Source of the DNA: Planctomycetota bacterium | GTDB taxonomy: Bacteria; Planctomycetota; UBA8108; SXIK01 | Direction: 5' to 3' | DNA length: 64,000 nt | Assembly (NCBI GenBank): GCA_965223265.1 | Contig: OZ244999.1 | Location: 8,832,001-8,896,000 of the forward strand | Shown: piece by piece, positions 8,161 through 18,633 of the stretch | Numbering within the stretch: the first letter of the stretch is position 1 | Layout of the letters: the number at the start of each line of letters is the position of its first letter | Made by a program: the position numbers and the translations under genes | Notes under the pieces: generated by a model | Told to the model about the DNA's origin: nothing | The model's database searches: none | What the model saw: the letters and a program-made list of their open reading frames with translations, nothing else

Positions 8161-10969
8161 AGAGAAACTCACTCGCGTTTAGGAGCATGTGACAAAGGTT
8201 GGTGAGAGCTCTCAGCGACCGTTCCTCGACGGGAACATTATTCGCCTCGAATTGGATCAGATGCTGGCGTATCAGCTGCCGACTCAGACGACGCTCTTCC
8301 GCCGTCGGGGAGCGGCTGAGCGCGAGTCGGAAGCAGGTCGCGATGCGGCGGTCGGGATCCGAGCCAGCGAACGCCGCGGCGCGTGCCGCGAAACGCTCCG
8401 CCTGCGTCATCGTGAACTCGCCATTGAGCATGGTGAGCGACTGCAAGACGACCGCCGATGGGACGCGTCGAGTGCAGTTGTGCGCGACGAGCGGCTGGTC
8501 GAAGACGTTGAGCTCTGTGAGGTGATAGTTGCGACGCGCGAAGATGTAGACGCTGCGGCGGTGAGCGTCCTGAGGTGAAGCTAAAGATTTCGTGTCGATC
8601 AAGACACTACCGTCAGGCTTCGGATCGAGAGGGATCGGCGGTCCGCCCAGCTTCGGCGCAAGCATTCCGGCGACGGTGAGGACAGCGTCACGGACTGCTT
8701 CCGATTCCAGGCGTCTCAACGGCATGCGCCACAAAAGACGATTTTCAGGATCGACGCGCTGCGGATCGACTTTGCTGAGGTTGACCTCGCTGGAGCTGAC
8801 CTCGCCTTGCCCTCCTCGACGAGTTCCGGCGGTGCTGAGCGCGTTGAAGTCTCGTGTTTTGGGCGTGGCCGGTGCGACCGCAGACCTCTGTGCGATCGGC
8901 GGGGTACCTTCTGCGCGGCGGCGGCGCGAAGTCTGCCGGTAGACGCTCGACGTCACGATGGTGCGGTGCAGTCGTTTGAGACTCCAGCCGCCGCGAATGA
9001 ATTCGGTTGCCAACCAGTCGAGAAGTTGAGGATGCGTCGGTTGTGCCCCTGAACGACCGAAGTTTGAGGTCGTCGCAACGAGGCCACGCCCGAAGAGGTG
9101 CTGCCAGACACGGTTGACAAAGACGCGCGCCGTCAGAGGGTGGCGCGGATGGGCGAGCCATCGCGCAAGAGCCTGCCTTCGACCTGTCGTGTTCCCGGCT
9201 GCTTCGTTCGACGGCGGGACAAACCGTGCGTGAGTATTCAGCACCGTGGGTACTCCAGGATCGACCGCTGGACCGGGCGTCTCGAAGACTCCCCGCCGGT
9301 AGAGATACGCGTCCGGGTTGCCGACGTCCCACAGAGCCTGAATTCTTCCGTAAGTCTGTTTACGCGCTTCGAGGTCTCCAGCTCGTATCTGCAGAGCATC
9401 GATCTCCGCACGCACCCGCGATTCGAGGCGCGCGTCGATCTCCTTTGCGGTAACCGCAAGTCGGGGGCCGAATTTTTCCACCAAGTATTTTTGCACGGCG
9501 CTGCGCTTCTTTGCATCGGTCGCCAGCGCCTCGCGCGTGTCATCGCGCAGCTGCTCGGGCACCTCCGCGAGTTTAGATCCCAGCAGCTCCGCCCGCACGG
9601 GGCGCCGTATTGACTCGATCGACTCTTTCGCCTGCGCGATGGCTTCATCCAGTCGTTTGTTGTCGGCGTCGATCGTCGCTCTCTCCGCGTCTGCGACATC
9701 GAACAAGAAGCGTTCCTTGGCATGTTGCCAATTCTGTGGGTCGTAGGCAGGCATGAACAATGCCGCGAACCGATAGTAATCGGCGTGTGAGATCGGGTCG
9801 AACTTGTGTGTATGGCACTGGGCGCAGTGAAGGGTCAGTCCGAGGACGTTTGTGCTGACGAGCTGAACAGTGTCGAAAAGCACCTGCGTGCGGATATCCG
9901 CCGTGTTGAGCTCCGGCGAGCCGGTGTCGTCGGCCGCTTGTCGTAGGAATCCCGTTGCGACGAGATGGCGGTTCACTTCCGCGGTGCGGAGATCCGACTG
10001 CTGCCAGTCAACGATGTCGGTCCCAGCGAGCTGTTCGAGAAGGAATCGGTCATACGGTAGATCGGCGTTGTATGCATCGATGACGTAGTCCCGGTACCGC
10101 CAAATGCCATCGCGTGGAATCATAAACGAGTCGTTGTCGGCGCCGATCGTATCGACATACCCTGCCGCGTCGAGCCAATGGCGTCCCCAGCGCTCGCCGT
10201 AGTGGGGCGAGGCGAGGAGGCGATCAACAACGAGCACGTACGCCTCGGAGGATGTATCGGTGAGAAAGGCGTCAAGCTCGTCCAGGGGCGGCGGTAGGCC
10301 TACAAGGTCGTAATAAAGGCGCCGCATGAGCGTTTCCTTGTCAGCCTCGGGGGAGAGGTTCAGACCTTGCTCCTCCAATCGACGGAGGACGAATGCATCC
10401 ACAGGAGTGCGCGCGCGTTCCGCGGCGGCGACGTTCGGAACGTCGGGACGCCGTGGCTCTTGAAATGCCCACCAACTATGGTCTTCAGCGGAGAGTGGCG
10501 GCGACTCGCGCTGGCTCAGAGGTCGAGCGCGGTACTGAGCTGGTGCGCCGGCGTCGATCCAGGCGCGAATCGTCTCACGATGCGCAGGGGTTGGTTTCAC
10601 CGGTGAGTAGATCACGTTTGATTGTGTCGCCTTGTCCGGCGGCATCTCTCCGGCGGTGATCTTTTGGTACAGCACACTCTTTTCAGCTGCTCCCGGGACG
10701 ATGACGGCTCCGTTCTCACCGCCGCGCAGAATGAGCGGCAGCGTACGAAGGTCGAGGCCTGAGGCTCGGCCGCCGCTGCCGTGGCACGACCAACAGTAGG
10801 TACGAAGAATCGGTGCAACGTTGGTCTCGAAAAGCGGAGTGGCGCTCGCTGCCGTCTGAGTGTCCGGGGACGCATCGAGTCGAGGAGCCGCTGGGACATC
10901 AAGACTGACCCATATCGCCACGAGGGCGAACGGCGAGAGCAAATTGTGGCGCCGGGTGCGGCGTTGCAT
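8150..10969 (-). CDS. Planctomycete cytochrome c plus DUF1549/DUF1553 (PSD1) protein
   Basis: CWSCHG heme motif, YGERWGRHWLD, CAQCHTHKFDPI, ARVFVNRVWQH, PTHPQLLDWLA, EFLY end. Confidence 0.93.
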   Translation of the reverse strand: MQRRTRRHNLLSPFALVAIWVSLDVPAAPRLDASPDTQTAASATPLFETNVAPILRTYCWSCHGSGGRASGLDLRTLPLILRGGENGAVIVPGAAEKSVLYQKITAGEMPPDKATQSNVIYSPVKPTPAHRETIRAWIDAGAPAQYRARPLSQRESPPLSAEDHSWWAFQEPRRPDVPNVAAAERARTPVDAFVLRRLEEQGLNLSPEADKETLMRRLYYDLVGLPPPLDELDAFLTDTSSEAYVLVVDRLLASPHYGERWGRHWLDAAGYVDTIGADNDSFMIPRDGIWRYRDYVIDAYNADLPYDRFLLEQLAGTDIVDWQQSDLRTAEVNRHLVATGFLRQAADDTGSPELNTADIRTQVLFDTVQLVSTNVLGLTLHCAQCHTHKFDPISHADYYRFAALFMPAYDPQNWQHAKERFLFDVADAERATIDADNKRLDEAIAQAKESIESIRRPVRAELLGSKLAEVPEQLRDDTREALATDAKKRSAVQKYLVEKFGPRLAVTAKEIDARLESRVRAEIDALQIRAGDLEARKQTYGRIQALWDVGNPDAYLYRRGVFETPGPAVDPGVPTVLNTHARFVPPSNEAAGNTTGRRQALARWLAHPRHPLTARVFVNRVWQHLFGRGLVATTSNFGRSGAQPTHPQLLDWLATEFIRGGWSLKRLHRTIVTSSVYRQTSRRRRAEGTPPIAQRSAVAPATPKTRDFNALSTAGTRRGGQGEVSSSEVNLSKVDPQRVDPENRLLWRMPLRRLESEAVRDAVLTVAGMLAPKLGGPPIPLDPKPDGSVLIDTKSLASPQDAHRRSVYIFARRNYHLTELNVFDQPLVAHNCTRRVPSAVVLQSLTMLNGEFTMTQAERFAARAAAFAGSDPDRRIATCFRLALSRSPTAEERRLSRQLIRQHLIQFEANNVPVEERSLRALTNLCHMLLNASEFLYVQ

Positions 10970-11326
10970 ACACTCCTCCGCGGCAGGGATCTTCTTCCCG
11001 TGTGATCGCAGCGGGCGGCAGACATCTGGTACTCATCGTGCGCGGACGTCCAAGCCTTGGCAAGCGAAGAGTTTTCGGCGCGCCACAGGACGGGGCGTGT
11101 GCCGGCAAACACGTTCAAGAGTTCAGCGGACGACGCGGTTTGGCCAGCGAACATTCCCCAGCGCCCGTTGAATGTCGCCTTCCATCTCTGATATATGAGG
11201 AGGTCCGCAGGTCACGACGATTCTTGCCCGTTTTTGCCTCTTTTGGCGATCGGGAGATCGCCGTCGAAGGCGTCCGATCGGCCAGCCTGCACGGCCGCGA
11301 TCCACGTTGCCCACTGGAGGACTTGT

Positions 11327-12238
11327 GTGACTCCCGAACCCGATCAATCCGCCCCGTTGCCGGGCGCCCGTCCGGTGCCGAGCCCGTATCTCGTGCCGTT
11401 CGACGGTACGTTTCAGATCTCCTCAGCCCCGACCGAGCCGCCGGAGGACGCGCCGGGTAAGTCCGAGTGCGGTAAGCGCCTCAAGCGTCTTATTCGACGC
11501 ATGCGTGAGCACCAACGTCAACTCTACGCGAGCGATCGCTTCGCGCTCCTCTGCGTCTTTCAGGCGCTCGATGCCGCCGGGAAAGACTCGACGATCCGAG
11601 CTGTAACGCGCGGAATCAATCCCGCGGGCTTTCAGGTCTTTTCCTTCAAGCAACCATCGCGTGAAGAGCTGGATCACGATTTCTTGTGGCGTACCGCCAA
11701 GTGTACGCCTGAGCGTGGTCGCGTCGGCATCTTTAACAGGAGTTACTACGAAGAGGTCCTTGTTGTTCGCGTTCATCCATCCTACCTGGAGGGACAGCGA
11801 CTGCCATCGACCGACGATCTCGACGCGCTTTGGCAGGAGCGTTTCGAATCGATCCGTGAACATGAGAGGCATCTGAGCCGCTCCGGCACCGTCGTTCTGA
11901 AGTTTTGGCTCAACGTCTCGAAAGAGGAACAACGGCAGCGTTTTCTTGCACGGATCGACGAGCCCGAAAAAAACTGGAAGTTCTCGATGGGCGATGTGCA
12001 CGAGCGGAATCATTGGGACTCCTACATGGAAGCCTATGAGGCAGCTCTGAACGCCACGTCGCGGCCGTTCGCGCCGTGGTACGCGATCCCTGCCGACTCG
12101 AAACCATTCATGCGCCTTCAAGTCGCTGAGATCATCGAAGGCGCTTTGACACAGCTCGGCCTGGAGTATCCTCAACTCGACGGTGAAGCGAAATCCGAGC
12201 TGCAGGCGATGCGAGACGTTCTCGAACGTGAGGAGTGA
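11327..12238 (+). CDS. ppk2: Polyphosphate kinase 2 family phosphotransferase
   Basis: QALDAAGKDSTI Walker A, FKQPS..EL.HDFLWR, IFNRSYYEEVL, WKFS. GTG 11327 follows GGAGG. Confidence 0.92.
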   Translation: MTPEPDQSAPLPGARPVPSPYLVPFDGTFQISSAPTEPPEDAPGKSECGKRLKRLIRRMREHQRQLYASDRFALLCVFQALDAAGKDSTIRAVTRGINPAGFQVFSFKQPSREELDHDFLWRTAKCTPERGRVGIFNRSYYEEVLVVRVHPSYLEGQRLPSTDDLDALWQERFESIREHERHLSRSGTVVLKFWLNVSKEEQRQRFLARIDEPEKNWKFSMGDVHERNHWDSYMEAYEAALNATSRPFAPWYAIPADSKPFMRLQVAEIIEGALTQLGLEYPQLDGEAKSELQAMRDVLEREE

Positions 12239-12621
12239 TGGTCTTTTCCAAGGCACAAACAGTGGATGAGTACCTTGCGCAACTCAGTGGCGAGCGTCGG
12301 CAAGCCCTTGCCGCGCTACGAGAGATCGTCCAATCGACGGTGCCAAACGCAACCGAGACGATGACCTACGGCATGCCGACATACTTCGTCGACCCACCAC
12401 CGGCGAAACCTTTTTGCTCGTTCGCGTCGCAAAAGAACTACATGGCGCTCTACATCTGTGATACGGACCTGCTTGCGGCGCGTCGAGCTGAGTTTGATGG
12501 GATGAGTGTGGGAAAAAGTTGCGTCCGATTTGGCGCGTTGGATGAGCTACCGCTCGACGTCGTCGAGACGCTCGTGGGGCAGGCAGCGAAGAAGACCAGA
12601 GACGAAAACAATACGAACTGA
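12235..12621 (+). CDS. DUF1801 (YdhG-like) domain protein
   Basis: TVDEYL...ETMTYGMPTY...FASQKNYMALY...GKSCVRF. Confidence 0.85.
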   Translation: MMVFSKAQTVDEYLAQLSGERRQALAALREIVQSTVPNATETMTYGMPTYFVDPPPAKPFCSFASQKNYMALYICDTDLLAARRAEFDGMSVGKSCVRFGALDELPLDVVETLVGQAAKKTRDENNTN

Positions 12622-12631
12622 GGATGGTGAC

Positions 12632-13432
12632 GTGAATCCAGACGCAATCCAGTCGGCCGCGAAAATTCTCTGGGACGCATGGAAGGAGCGTCGGACGATC
12701 GCTCAACTGCCGACCGACTGCCGCCCGCTCACGCGCGTCGACGCCTACACGATTCAAGAGGCGGTGGTCGAACACGCGGGAGACGCCACCTTCGGCTGGA
12801 AGATCGCGGCAACGAGTACCGCCGGGCAGGCTCACATCGGCGTCGATGGACCTTTGGCTGGCCGTCTCTTGAAACGTACCGTTTTGAGAAGCAGTGGGGG
12901 CGGTGCCGAGGCAGTGTCGCTCGCGGGAAACACCATGCTGGTTTCGGAGGCGGAGTTCGCATTTCGTCTTGGGCGCGACTTGCCGCCGCGGGCCGAAGAG
13001 TACTCGGTGGACGAGGTGATGGCCGCGGTCACAGCGCTCTACCCCGCCATCGAGATACCGGATTCTCGCTTCGAAGATTTTGTTGCCGTCGGGGCAGAGC
13101 AACTGATCGCAGACAATGCCTGTGCGTGTGCATTTGTGCTAGGCCCTGAGTCCCCGGAGGTGTGGCGTCAGATTGATCTCGCCGCGCACCCCGCGTCCAT
13201 GGCAAAGAGCGGTGAAACCGTGGCTGAAGGTGGTGGCGCTAACGTCCTCGGTGATCCGCGTGTTGCACTTACCTGGCTCGTCAACGAGTTGGCGCGTTTC
13301 GCCGGCGGCGTTCGCGCGGGCGAAGTCGTTACCACCGGAACGTGCGTCGCTCCAGTGAAGATCGCCTCAGGTGACATGCTGCGCGCAGATTTCGGCGAGC
13401 TCGGTACCGTGGATGTGCAACTCGTCGGTTGA
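12632..13432 (+). CDS. 2-keto-4-pentenoate hydratase family (FAH superfamily)
   Basis: DAYTIQ, GWKIAATS, EAEFAF, PAIEIPDSR, LIADNA, GEVVTTGT. Confidence 0.88.
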   Translation: MNPDAIQSAAKILWDAWKERRTIAQLPTDCRPLTRVDAYTIQEAVVEHAGDATFGWKIAATSTAGQAHIGVDGPLAGRLLKRTVLRSSGGGAEAVSLAGNTMLVSEAEFAFRLGRDLPPRAEEYSVDEVMAAVTALYPAIEIPDSRFEDFVAVGAEQLIADNACACAFVLGPESPEVWRQIDLAAHPASMAKSGETVAEGGGANVLGDPRVALTWLVNELARFAGGVRAGEVVTTGTCVAPVKIASGDMLRADFGELGTVDVQLVG

Positions 13433-13521
13433 CGCCTTCGCAGCGTGAGGATCGCCGCTCAGATCAACCTTTGATTTTCGAGGCGGTGTCTGTGCTTTGG
13501 AGCGCGAGCGACGAGTCCTTG

Positions 13522-14019
13522 TCAGTCGCGGAGTTGATCGACGGTCTCGAACACTCGATAGCCGTAGTGCCGCATTCCCAAGCGTTCGTACGTTTCGATG
13601 GCACGATCATTGTGCGCGTGCGCATAGAGGCGGACACCACAGCAACCTTGCGCGCGTGAGAGCTGTTCGATGTGGCGAAAAAGAGTCTTGAAGACGCCGC
13701 AGCGGCGATTGGAAGCATGCACGTAGACGCTTTGAATCCAGAAGAACAAACCGTCGCGCCAGTCGCTCCATTCGTAGGTGATCATGAGCATGCCGATCAC
13801 GTCGCCATCGATCTCGGCAACGAAGTAGCGGCCCTTGTCGCCGTCGGCGAGCACACGTGCGACGCCGCGCTCGACTACGGACGGGTCGAGCTCAAGTTCC
13901 TCCGTCTCCCAGGCGAGCGCGCAGTTGAACTCCACGAGACGCGCGGTGTCGTCGGTCCGGGCGTCACGAATGTGAAACGAACGGTCAGCATCGAAAGCCC
14001 CGGTCTCGCTTGGCGCCAT
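13522..14019 (-). CDS. GNAT family N-acetyltransferase
   Basis: ITYEWSDWRDG..WIQSVYV...RRCGVF, N.RA..TYERLG. Confidence 0.9.
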   Translation of the reverse strand: MAPSETGAFDADRSFHIRDARTDDTARLVEFNCALAWETEELELDPSVVERGVARVLADGDKGRYFVAEIDGDVIGMLMITYEWSDWRDGLFFWIQSVYVHASNRRCGVFKTLFRHIEQLSRAQGCCGVRLYAHAHNDRAIETYERLGMRHYGYRVFETVDQLRD

Positions 14020-14078
14020 GCGACCCTCCTCCTTTTACTGTGGGATGCGACCGCCGCATATGCATCACCGGCGGCGAA

Positions 14079-17000
14079 TCAGTTGGCCTGGAGTCGCTGC
14101 TGGAGCGCTTGGATCCTCGCGTGAGCGTTCTTGCTCTCTGGATTTTCCTCCAGAGCGGCGCGATAGTCCTTGAGCGCTTCCTGATGTTGCCCGAGTCGCT
14201 CCTGCGTGAACCCGCGATTTTCGTAGATTTGACTCCGAAGTTGTCGGTTGCTCGTCAGCGTCAAGGCATGGTTGAACAGGCGTATGCCTTCGTTGGGTCG
14301 ATGGCTCGCCGCGTAGAGAATACCGAGAAGTTCGCTCAGCTGAGCGTCGTTCGGGCTCGATTTCGCGATCGCCTCAACAGCTGGAATCGCTTCAGCCTGT
14401 TTTCCGAGCTCGAGTGCCAGTCGACCATAACGAAGGACTACGGAGAGATCGCTTCCGCTTACGTAGCTGCCGGCGAGATTGAAAAAGTTGGTTCGCAGGT
14501 CAGCGCGCATTCCCTGCGTCGCAGCGGTCGAGACAAAGAACCTGGCTAAGGTCGCTCGCAGAGTCGGTGCCGGCTGCACTCCAAACATCGCTGCTGCGAG
14601 CTGATTGGCGCGACTCTCGAGCCATGGATCGTTGATCGCGCGCAAGCTTTCCGCGACGGAAGTTATGGCGCCAATCTGTTCTTGAGCCCTGCGAAAGAGA
14701 TCCTCGGTGGCCGGGTTCTTCTTCTGACGTCGCATGCGCTCTACATCCTGGCGCAGTCGATACTCTGCTTCGCGTGCGACCTGGTATCGGAGGAACGTCT
14801 CCTGGAGGGCGTTCGCTCGTGCGACGTCATCGTCGGAGACGCCATTCAGCCAGGTCCTGTCGAGCGGCGAACGACCGATCGTGGTGAGGTCACGGTAGGC
14901 ATCAAAGTCATGGCCGTACAGTCCGTACGGACAGGAGAACTCGAGGACAGGAAAGTTGTCCGTGTTAGTTGGACCTTCACCGACGAAGGCGCGGAGCTTG
15001 TCGGCGTTGAGACGAAACTGCTTCAGGAAGGTTGGGATGTCGATGATCCCTAGCGCCTTGAGATCTTTTTGAATGAGAGGGTTCTGCATCATCGATTCGA
15101 GCCGAGCGGCGTCGAATTTGACCGGGCCATTGCTACCGATCAGCATGCAGTCGAGGCCAAGATCCCAAAGCTGTGCGTGATCTCCGAAGACAGCGACGAA
15201 CGTGCGCAAGACGGTTCGAAAGTCTTCTTTGCGCATGTTGATTTTGTGGATCCAGTTGCAGAGAATCCCGCCTTCATTGAGTTTGTCGCGGCATGTCTCG
15301 AAGAATTCGACGGTGAAGAGGTTGCCGATTCCAGCGATCCACGGATTCGAAGGGACTGACGTGATGACGTCGAAGGTTGCCGGCGTATATCCCAAGTGAT
15401 TTCGGCCGTCACCGATGATGTTGCGCACTTTTGGGTTGGCGATGGCATCATGGTTAGACTTCGCAAAAAACACTCGTGCCGCTTCCACCACTTCCGGTGA
15501 AATCTCGAGGCTGTCGATCGTCTCCGGTTCGGGGTAAAGCGTCAAGGTGCCGAGCGTTACGCCGCCACCAAGCCCGAGAGTCGCGACGCGGCGGGGATTC
15601 GAGTGCAGCAGCATGGGCAGATGGCCTGCCATGATCTGGTGCGGCAGGTCGGCGTTGTCATCACCGTCCTTGGCGATCGACGCTTCGACTTTGCCGGAGA
15701 TCCGCATCGCAGTCTCGCCGGTCGTCGGATTGCGAACAATGGCGACTGGCGCGTGGACACCTTCCTGATAGAGAAGGACTTCATTCGATTTGCGCAGGCC
15801 TGCAACGAGGTCTGGGGTCGCTAAGACACTGCCGTCGGAGCGGTAGTAGGCGCCTTTGAAGTACGCATAGGCACCGCGTGCCATGATCGCAGGATCCCAG
15901 TAGTGCTGCTCTGCGCCAAGCACGCGGAATGGCCGAAGTGGAAAGTTGATCGCGACGATGGCCACGACCAGGCCGCCGACAACGGCGACGCGACGCGCGA
16001 GCGACTTCTCGAGCGAGTGAAAGATCACGAAGGCGCCAAGCGCTATGCTCAGGCCGGCACCAATGTAGAGCGTGTAGAACACCTTGCCGAGCAGAGGAAT
16101 CAGCACGAATCCCGAAACCAACGTGCCGAGAATCGATCCGAACGTGTTCCAAAAGTAGGCGCTACCGACGGCGCTGCCGACTTCTTCTACCGCTCGTGTC
16201 CGGATGCGGCCAACGACGGGAAAAACCATCCCCATAGCGACCGTGCACGGCAGAATCACCGCGGAGAGCCAGAATACTTGAATCCCGAGGAACGTGCTGT
16301 AGTCGGGCGTGACGACTTTGTCGAACGCGCGCGCGCCCAGAATCGGGAAGTGGCCAAGAAACGGAATCGTCATGGAGACGAGAGCGCCCGTGGTGAAAAT
16401 GATCGCTCCAAGGAGTCGCAACGGCTGTTGCACACGATCGATAAACAGCGACACCGCGCCACCGCCGATAGCGATGCCGAGAATGAACAAGGTCACAATA
16501 AGGCTGAACGCGTAAGTGCTATTGCCAATCGTCAAGACAATCGCCTTCGTCCAAGCGATTTGCAGCAGCATGTTGACGAAACCGCTCAGGCCGAATGCGA
16601 AAATCGCGATGCGAATGTCAGGCGTCAAGTGTGCCCCGCGCTGCTGAGCCGCGGTCTGCGACCCCGGCAGCTCGACCGGAAGGGGGGATTCCCGGCGCGC
16701 TACCAGCAGGATCAGACAGCCGAGTGCCAGATCGATCGCGACGCCGAGGATCGTGCATCCCCAAAGTCCCAAGTGTGGTATCGCGAAGAATCCGGTCGTC
16801 GCAACGCCGACCACGGCGCCGAGAGTGTTGAGCGTGTAGAGAAGACCAAGAGTTGATCCGACGCTGTCGAGTTGGCGTGTGAAGTAGCGCGACAGTGCCG
16901 GCAGTGTGGCACCCATGAATGTCGTCGGCACGAGCAGAAGCAAGCTGCAAAACGCCAGGCGGGCCGTGAGAAGTGGGGTCGCTTGCGGCTCACCTTCGTA

Positions 17001-17309
17001 GAACTGGTAGAGCCACGCGAACATCGGCCTCCCGGCGTGCGTCAGGAGTGGAACGAGAAGGCACGCGATTCCGGCACCAACCGTGATCAGGCCGTAAAGC
17101 CGGAGAGGCCGCGCCGTGCGATCGGCCAGGCGTCCGCCCAAATAACTACCGATCGCGAGGCCACCCATGAAGACAGCGACCACCATGGTGATCGAGAAGT
17201 GCGTGTTGCCGATGATGTGCCCCATGAACCGGGTCCAAATGACCTGGTAGACGAGGCCAGTGGTTCCCGACAGGAAGAAGCAGAGAAGAGCGAAAAGTCG
17301 GAGGGACAT
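14079..17309 (-). CDS. Fused membrane (MFS-like) / spermidine synthase-like protein with C-terminal TPR repeats
   Basis: FFLSGTTGLVYQVIW, FMGATLP, LYTLNTLG, LGLGGGVT SAM motif, DGRNHL, SNPW, TPR-like C-terminus. Start uncertain (17309 or 17378). Confidence 0.88.
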   Translation of the reverse strand: MSLRLFALLCFFLSGTTGLVYQVIWTRFMGHIIGNTHFSITMVVAVFMGGLAIGSYLGGRLADRTARPLRLYGLITVGAGIACLLVPLLTHAGRPMFAWLYQFYEGEPQATPLLTARLAFCSLLLLVPTTFMGATLPALSRYFTRQLDSVGSTLGLLYTLNTLGAVVGVATTGFFAIPHLGLWGCTILGVAIDLALGCLILLVARRESPLPVELPGSQTAAQQRGAHLTPDIRIAIFAFGLSGFVNMLLQIAWTKAIVLTIGNSTYAFSLIVTLFILGIAIGGGAVSLFIDRVQQPLRLLGAIIFTTGALVSMTIPFLGHFPILGARAFDKVVTPDYSTFLGIQVFWLSAVILPCTVAMGMVFPVVGRIRTRAVEEVGSAVGSAYFWNTFGSILGTLVSGFVLIPLLGKVFYTLYIGAGLSIALGAFVIFHSLEKSLARRVAVVGGLVVAIVAINFPLRPFRVLGAEQHYWDPAIMARGAYAYFKGAYYRSDGSVLATPDLVAGLRKSNEVLLYQEGVHAPVAIVRNPTTGETAMRISGKVEASIAKDGDDNADLPHQIMAGHLPMLLHSNPRRVATLGLGGGVTLGTLTLYPEPETIDSLEISPEVVEAARVFFAKSNHDAIANPKVRNIIGDGRNHLGYTPATFDVITSVPSNPWIAGIGNLFTVEFFETCRDKLNEGGILCNWIHKINMRKEDFRTVLRTFVAVFGDHAQLWDLGLDCMLIGSNGPVKFDAARLESMMQNPLIQKDLKALGIIDIPTFLKQFRLNADKLRAFVGEGPTNTDNFPVLEFSCPYGLYGHDFDAYRDLTTIGRSPLDRTWLNGVSDDDVARANALQETFLRYQVAREAEYRLRQDVERMRRQKKNPATEDLFRRAQEQIGAITSVAESLRAINDPWLESRANQLAAAMFGVQPAPTLRATLARFFVSTAATQGMRADLRTNFFNLAGSYVSGSDLSVVLRYGRLALELGKQAEAIPAVEAIAKSSPNDAQLSELLGILYAASHRPNEGIRLFNHALTLTSNRQLRSQIYENRGFTQERLGQHQEALKDYRAALEENPESKNAHARIQALQQRLQAN

Positions 17310-17428
17310 CGCATTCGTGCGCGGCTGCGACTGGACGGGAACTCCGTTCGGCCTGGTCAAGTGTCGCGGCGACGCCACCCCGCAGCTCGCAGCGGGACAC
17401 GCGTCGGAGAGGGGCGATCAATCGGTTG

Positions 17429-17437
17429 ATTGTAGCA
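17429..17437 (-). promoter_or_regulatory. Putative extended -10 promoter (TGcTACAAT)
   Basis: ATTGTAGCA on the + strand, upstream of the 14079-17309 gene. The same GTGCTACAATC occurs at 56812-56822. Confidence 0.45.
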
Positions 17438-17537
17438 CGAAAGGTACGCCGCGAAAGATGGTTGCTGAATGTTCAGCCCTCGCCGCGCTCCAGCGACAAC
17501 GCAAGGACGGGATTTGCTGACTGGAAGATCTTTGCTG

Positions 17538-17939
17538 TCAAAATGAGCGCGCGCGCTGCCCGAGAGCCGTACGGCGGCGAACACCCAACTTGGTGAAGAT
17601 CGTGCGCAAGTGGGCCGCGACGGTCGCTGGACTGAGCCCCAGAAGATCGGCGATGTCCTTGTTGGTGTGGCCTTCGGCAACGAGCAGCGAGATCTCGCGC
17701 TGGCGTGTCGTCAGCGGCACAGCCTCTTCGACCCGAACGCGTGTCAGCACGTATCGGTAGCCGTCGATCTCTGCCGTGGCGGTCTGAATCACCTGCGCCC
17801 GCGGTCGCACCTTGAGCAGTCTCGGGTGGCGACTGGAGAAACTTTTTAGCCAGCGAGTGAGTGCCGGCTCGAGCTTCTCGTGCAGTTTCGCCAGTGAAGT
17901 CTTTGCGGGCGCGCGTCGCGACCGTTTTCGCTTCGCCAT
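17538..17939 (-). CDS. LuxR-type HTH transcriptional regulator
   Basis: LTTRQREISLLVAEGHTNKDIADLLGLSPATVAAHLRTIFTKLGV. Confidence 0.88.
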   Translation of the reverse strand: MAKRKRSRRAPAKTSLAKLHEKLEPALTRWLKSFSSRHPRLLKVRPRAQVIQTATAEIDGYRYVLTRVRVEEAVPLTTRQREISLLVAEGHTNKDIADLLGLSPATVAAHLRTIFTKLGVRRRTALGQRARSF

Positions 17940-17992
17940 GAAAGCTCCTTGGGCATAGCCTCACGAAGGACCGTTACGCGCCGCGCTGGCCG

Positions 17993-18245
17993 AAAGCCGT
18001 GATTCTCGGCGCGAACTCGATCAACTCGACAGAACGGGTCTCGAAACAGGGGCTCGCCCTCGGGCTCGTGGCCGAAGCCATGGATCAGCGGCGGCCCGTG
18101 TGTGCCAGCGAGCTCCCGGACACAACTGAACGCTCTGAACCGCACGTAACAGACGGTACATCGTTCGGGCTGCCATGAAAAGCTCAACTCACGCGAGGCG
18201 CGGGCTCTGTCGGCCCGCCGGTTGAAGGGTCTGCGGAGCTCGAGC
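17993..18245 (+). repeat. Non-coding direct repeat, copy 1 (best-conserved part 18128-18245)
   Basis: Aligns by eye with 20391-20688. Confidence 0.85.
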
Positions 18246-18633
18246 TCTGAGGGCAGCGCGCGGGCGGACGATCTCGACGAGAACTTCCAAGCCTTTGCGG
18301 AGAGGGACTCTCGTCGAGGACGTAGCGCGGTTCGCGTTACGGACGCGAGTCCGCCGCGACGCCTCGAAGCCGCCGATCGAGTCGTCGCCCCACCGCCTGC
18401 GCAAGACTCGGTTCCGGCGGTCGCCAACTTTGCCGGACGCGACGGGGAGTTGTTGATAGAGGTCGACGAGGACCGTCAGGGCGCACCTCGATCAGTCAGG
18501 CGCAGAACGTGTGCATGCATTGACAAACTACTTCGAGAGGAAGATCATCCGATGCGTCGCCAACAGTCCGGTCGAGGAATCCAAACGGCTCTCCAACCCA
18601 CCGCTTGCCATTTGCATAGAAGAAAGGTCGTCG

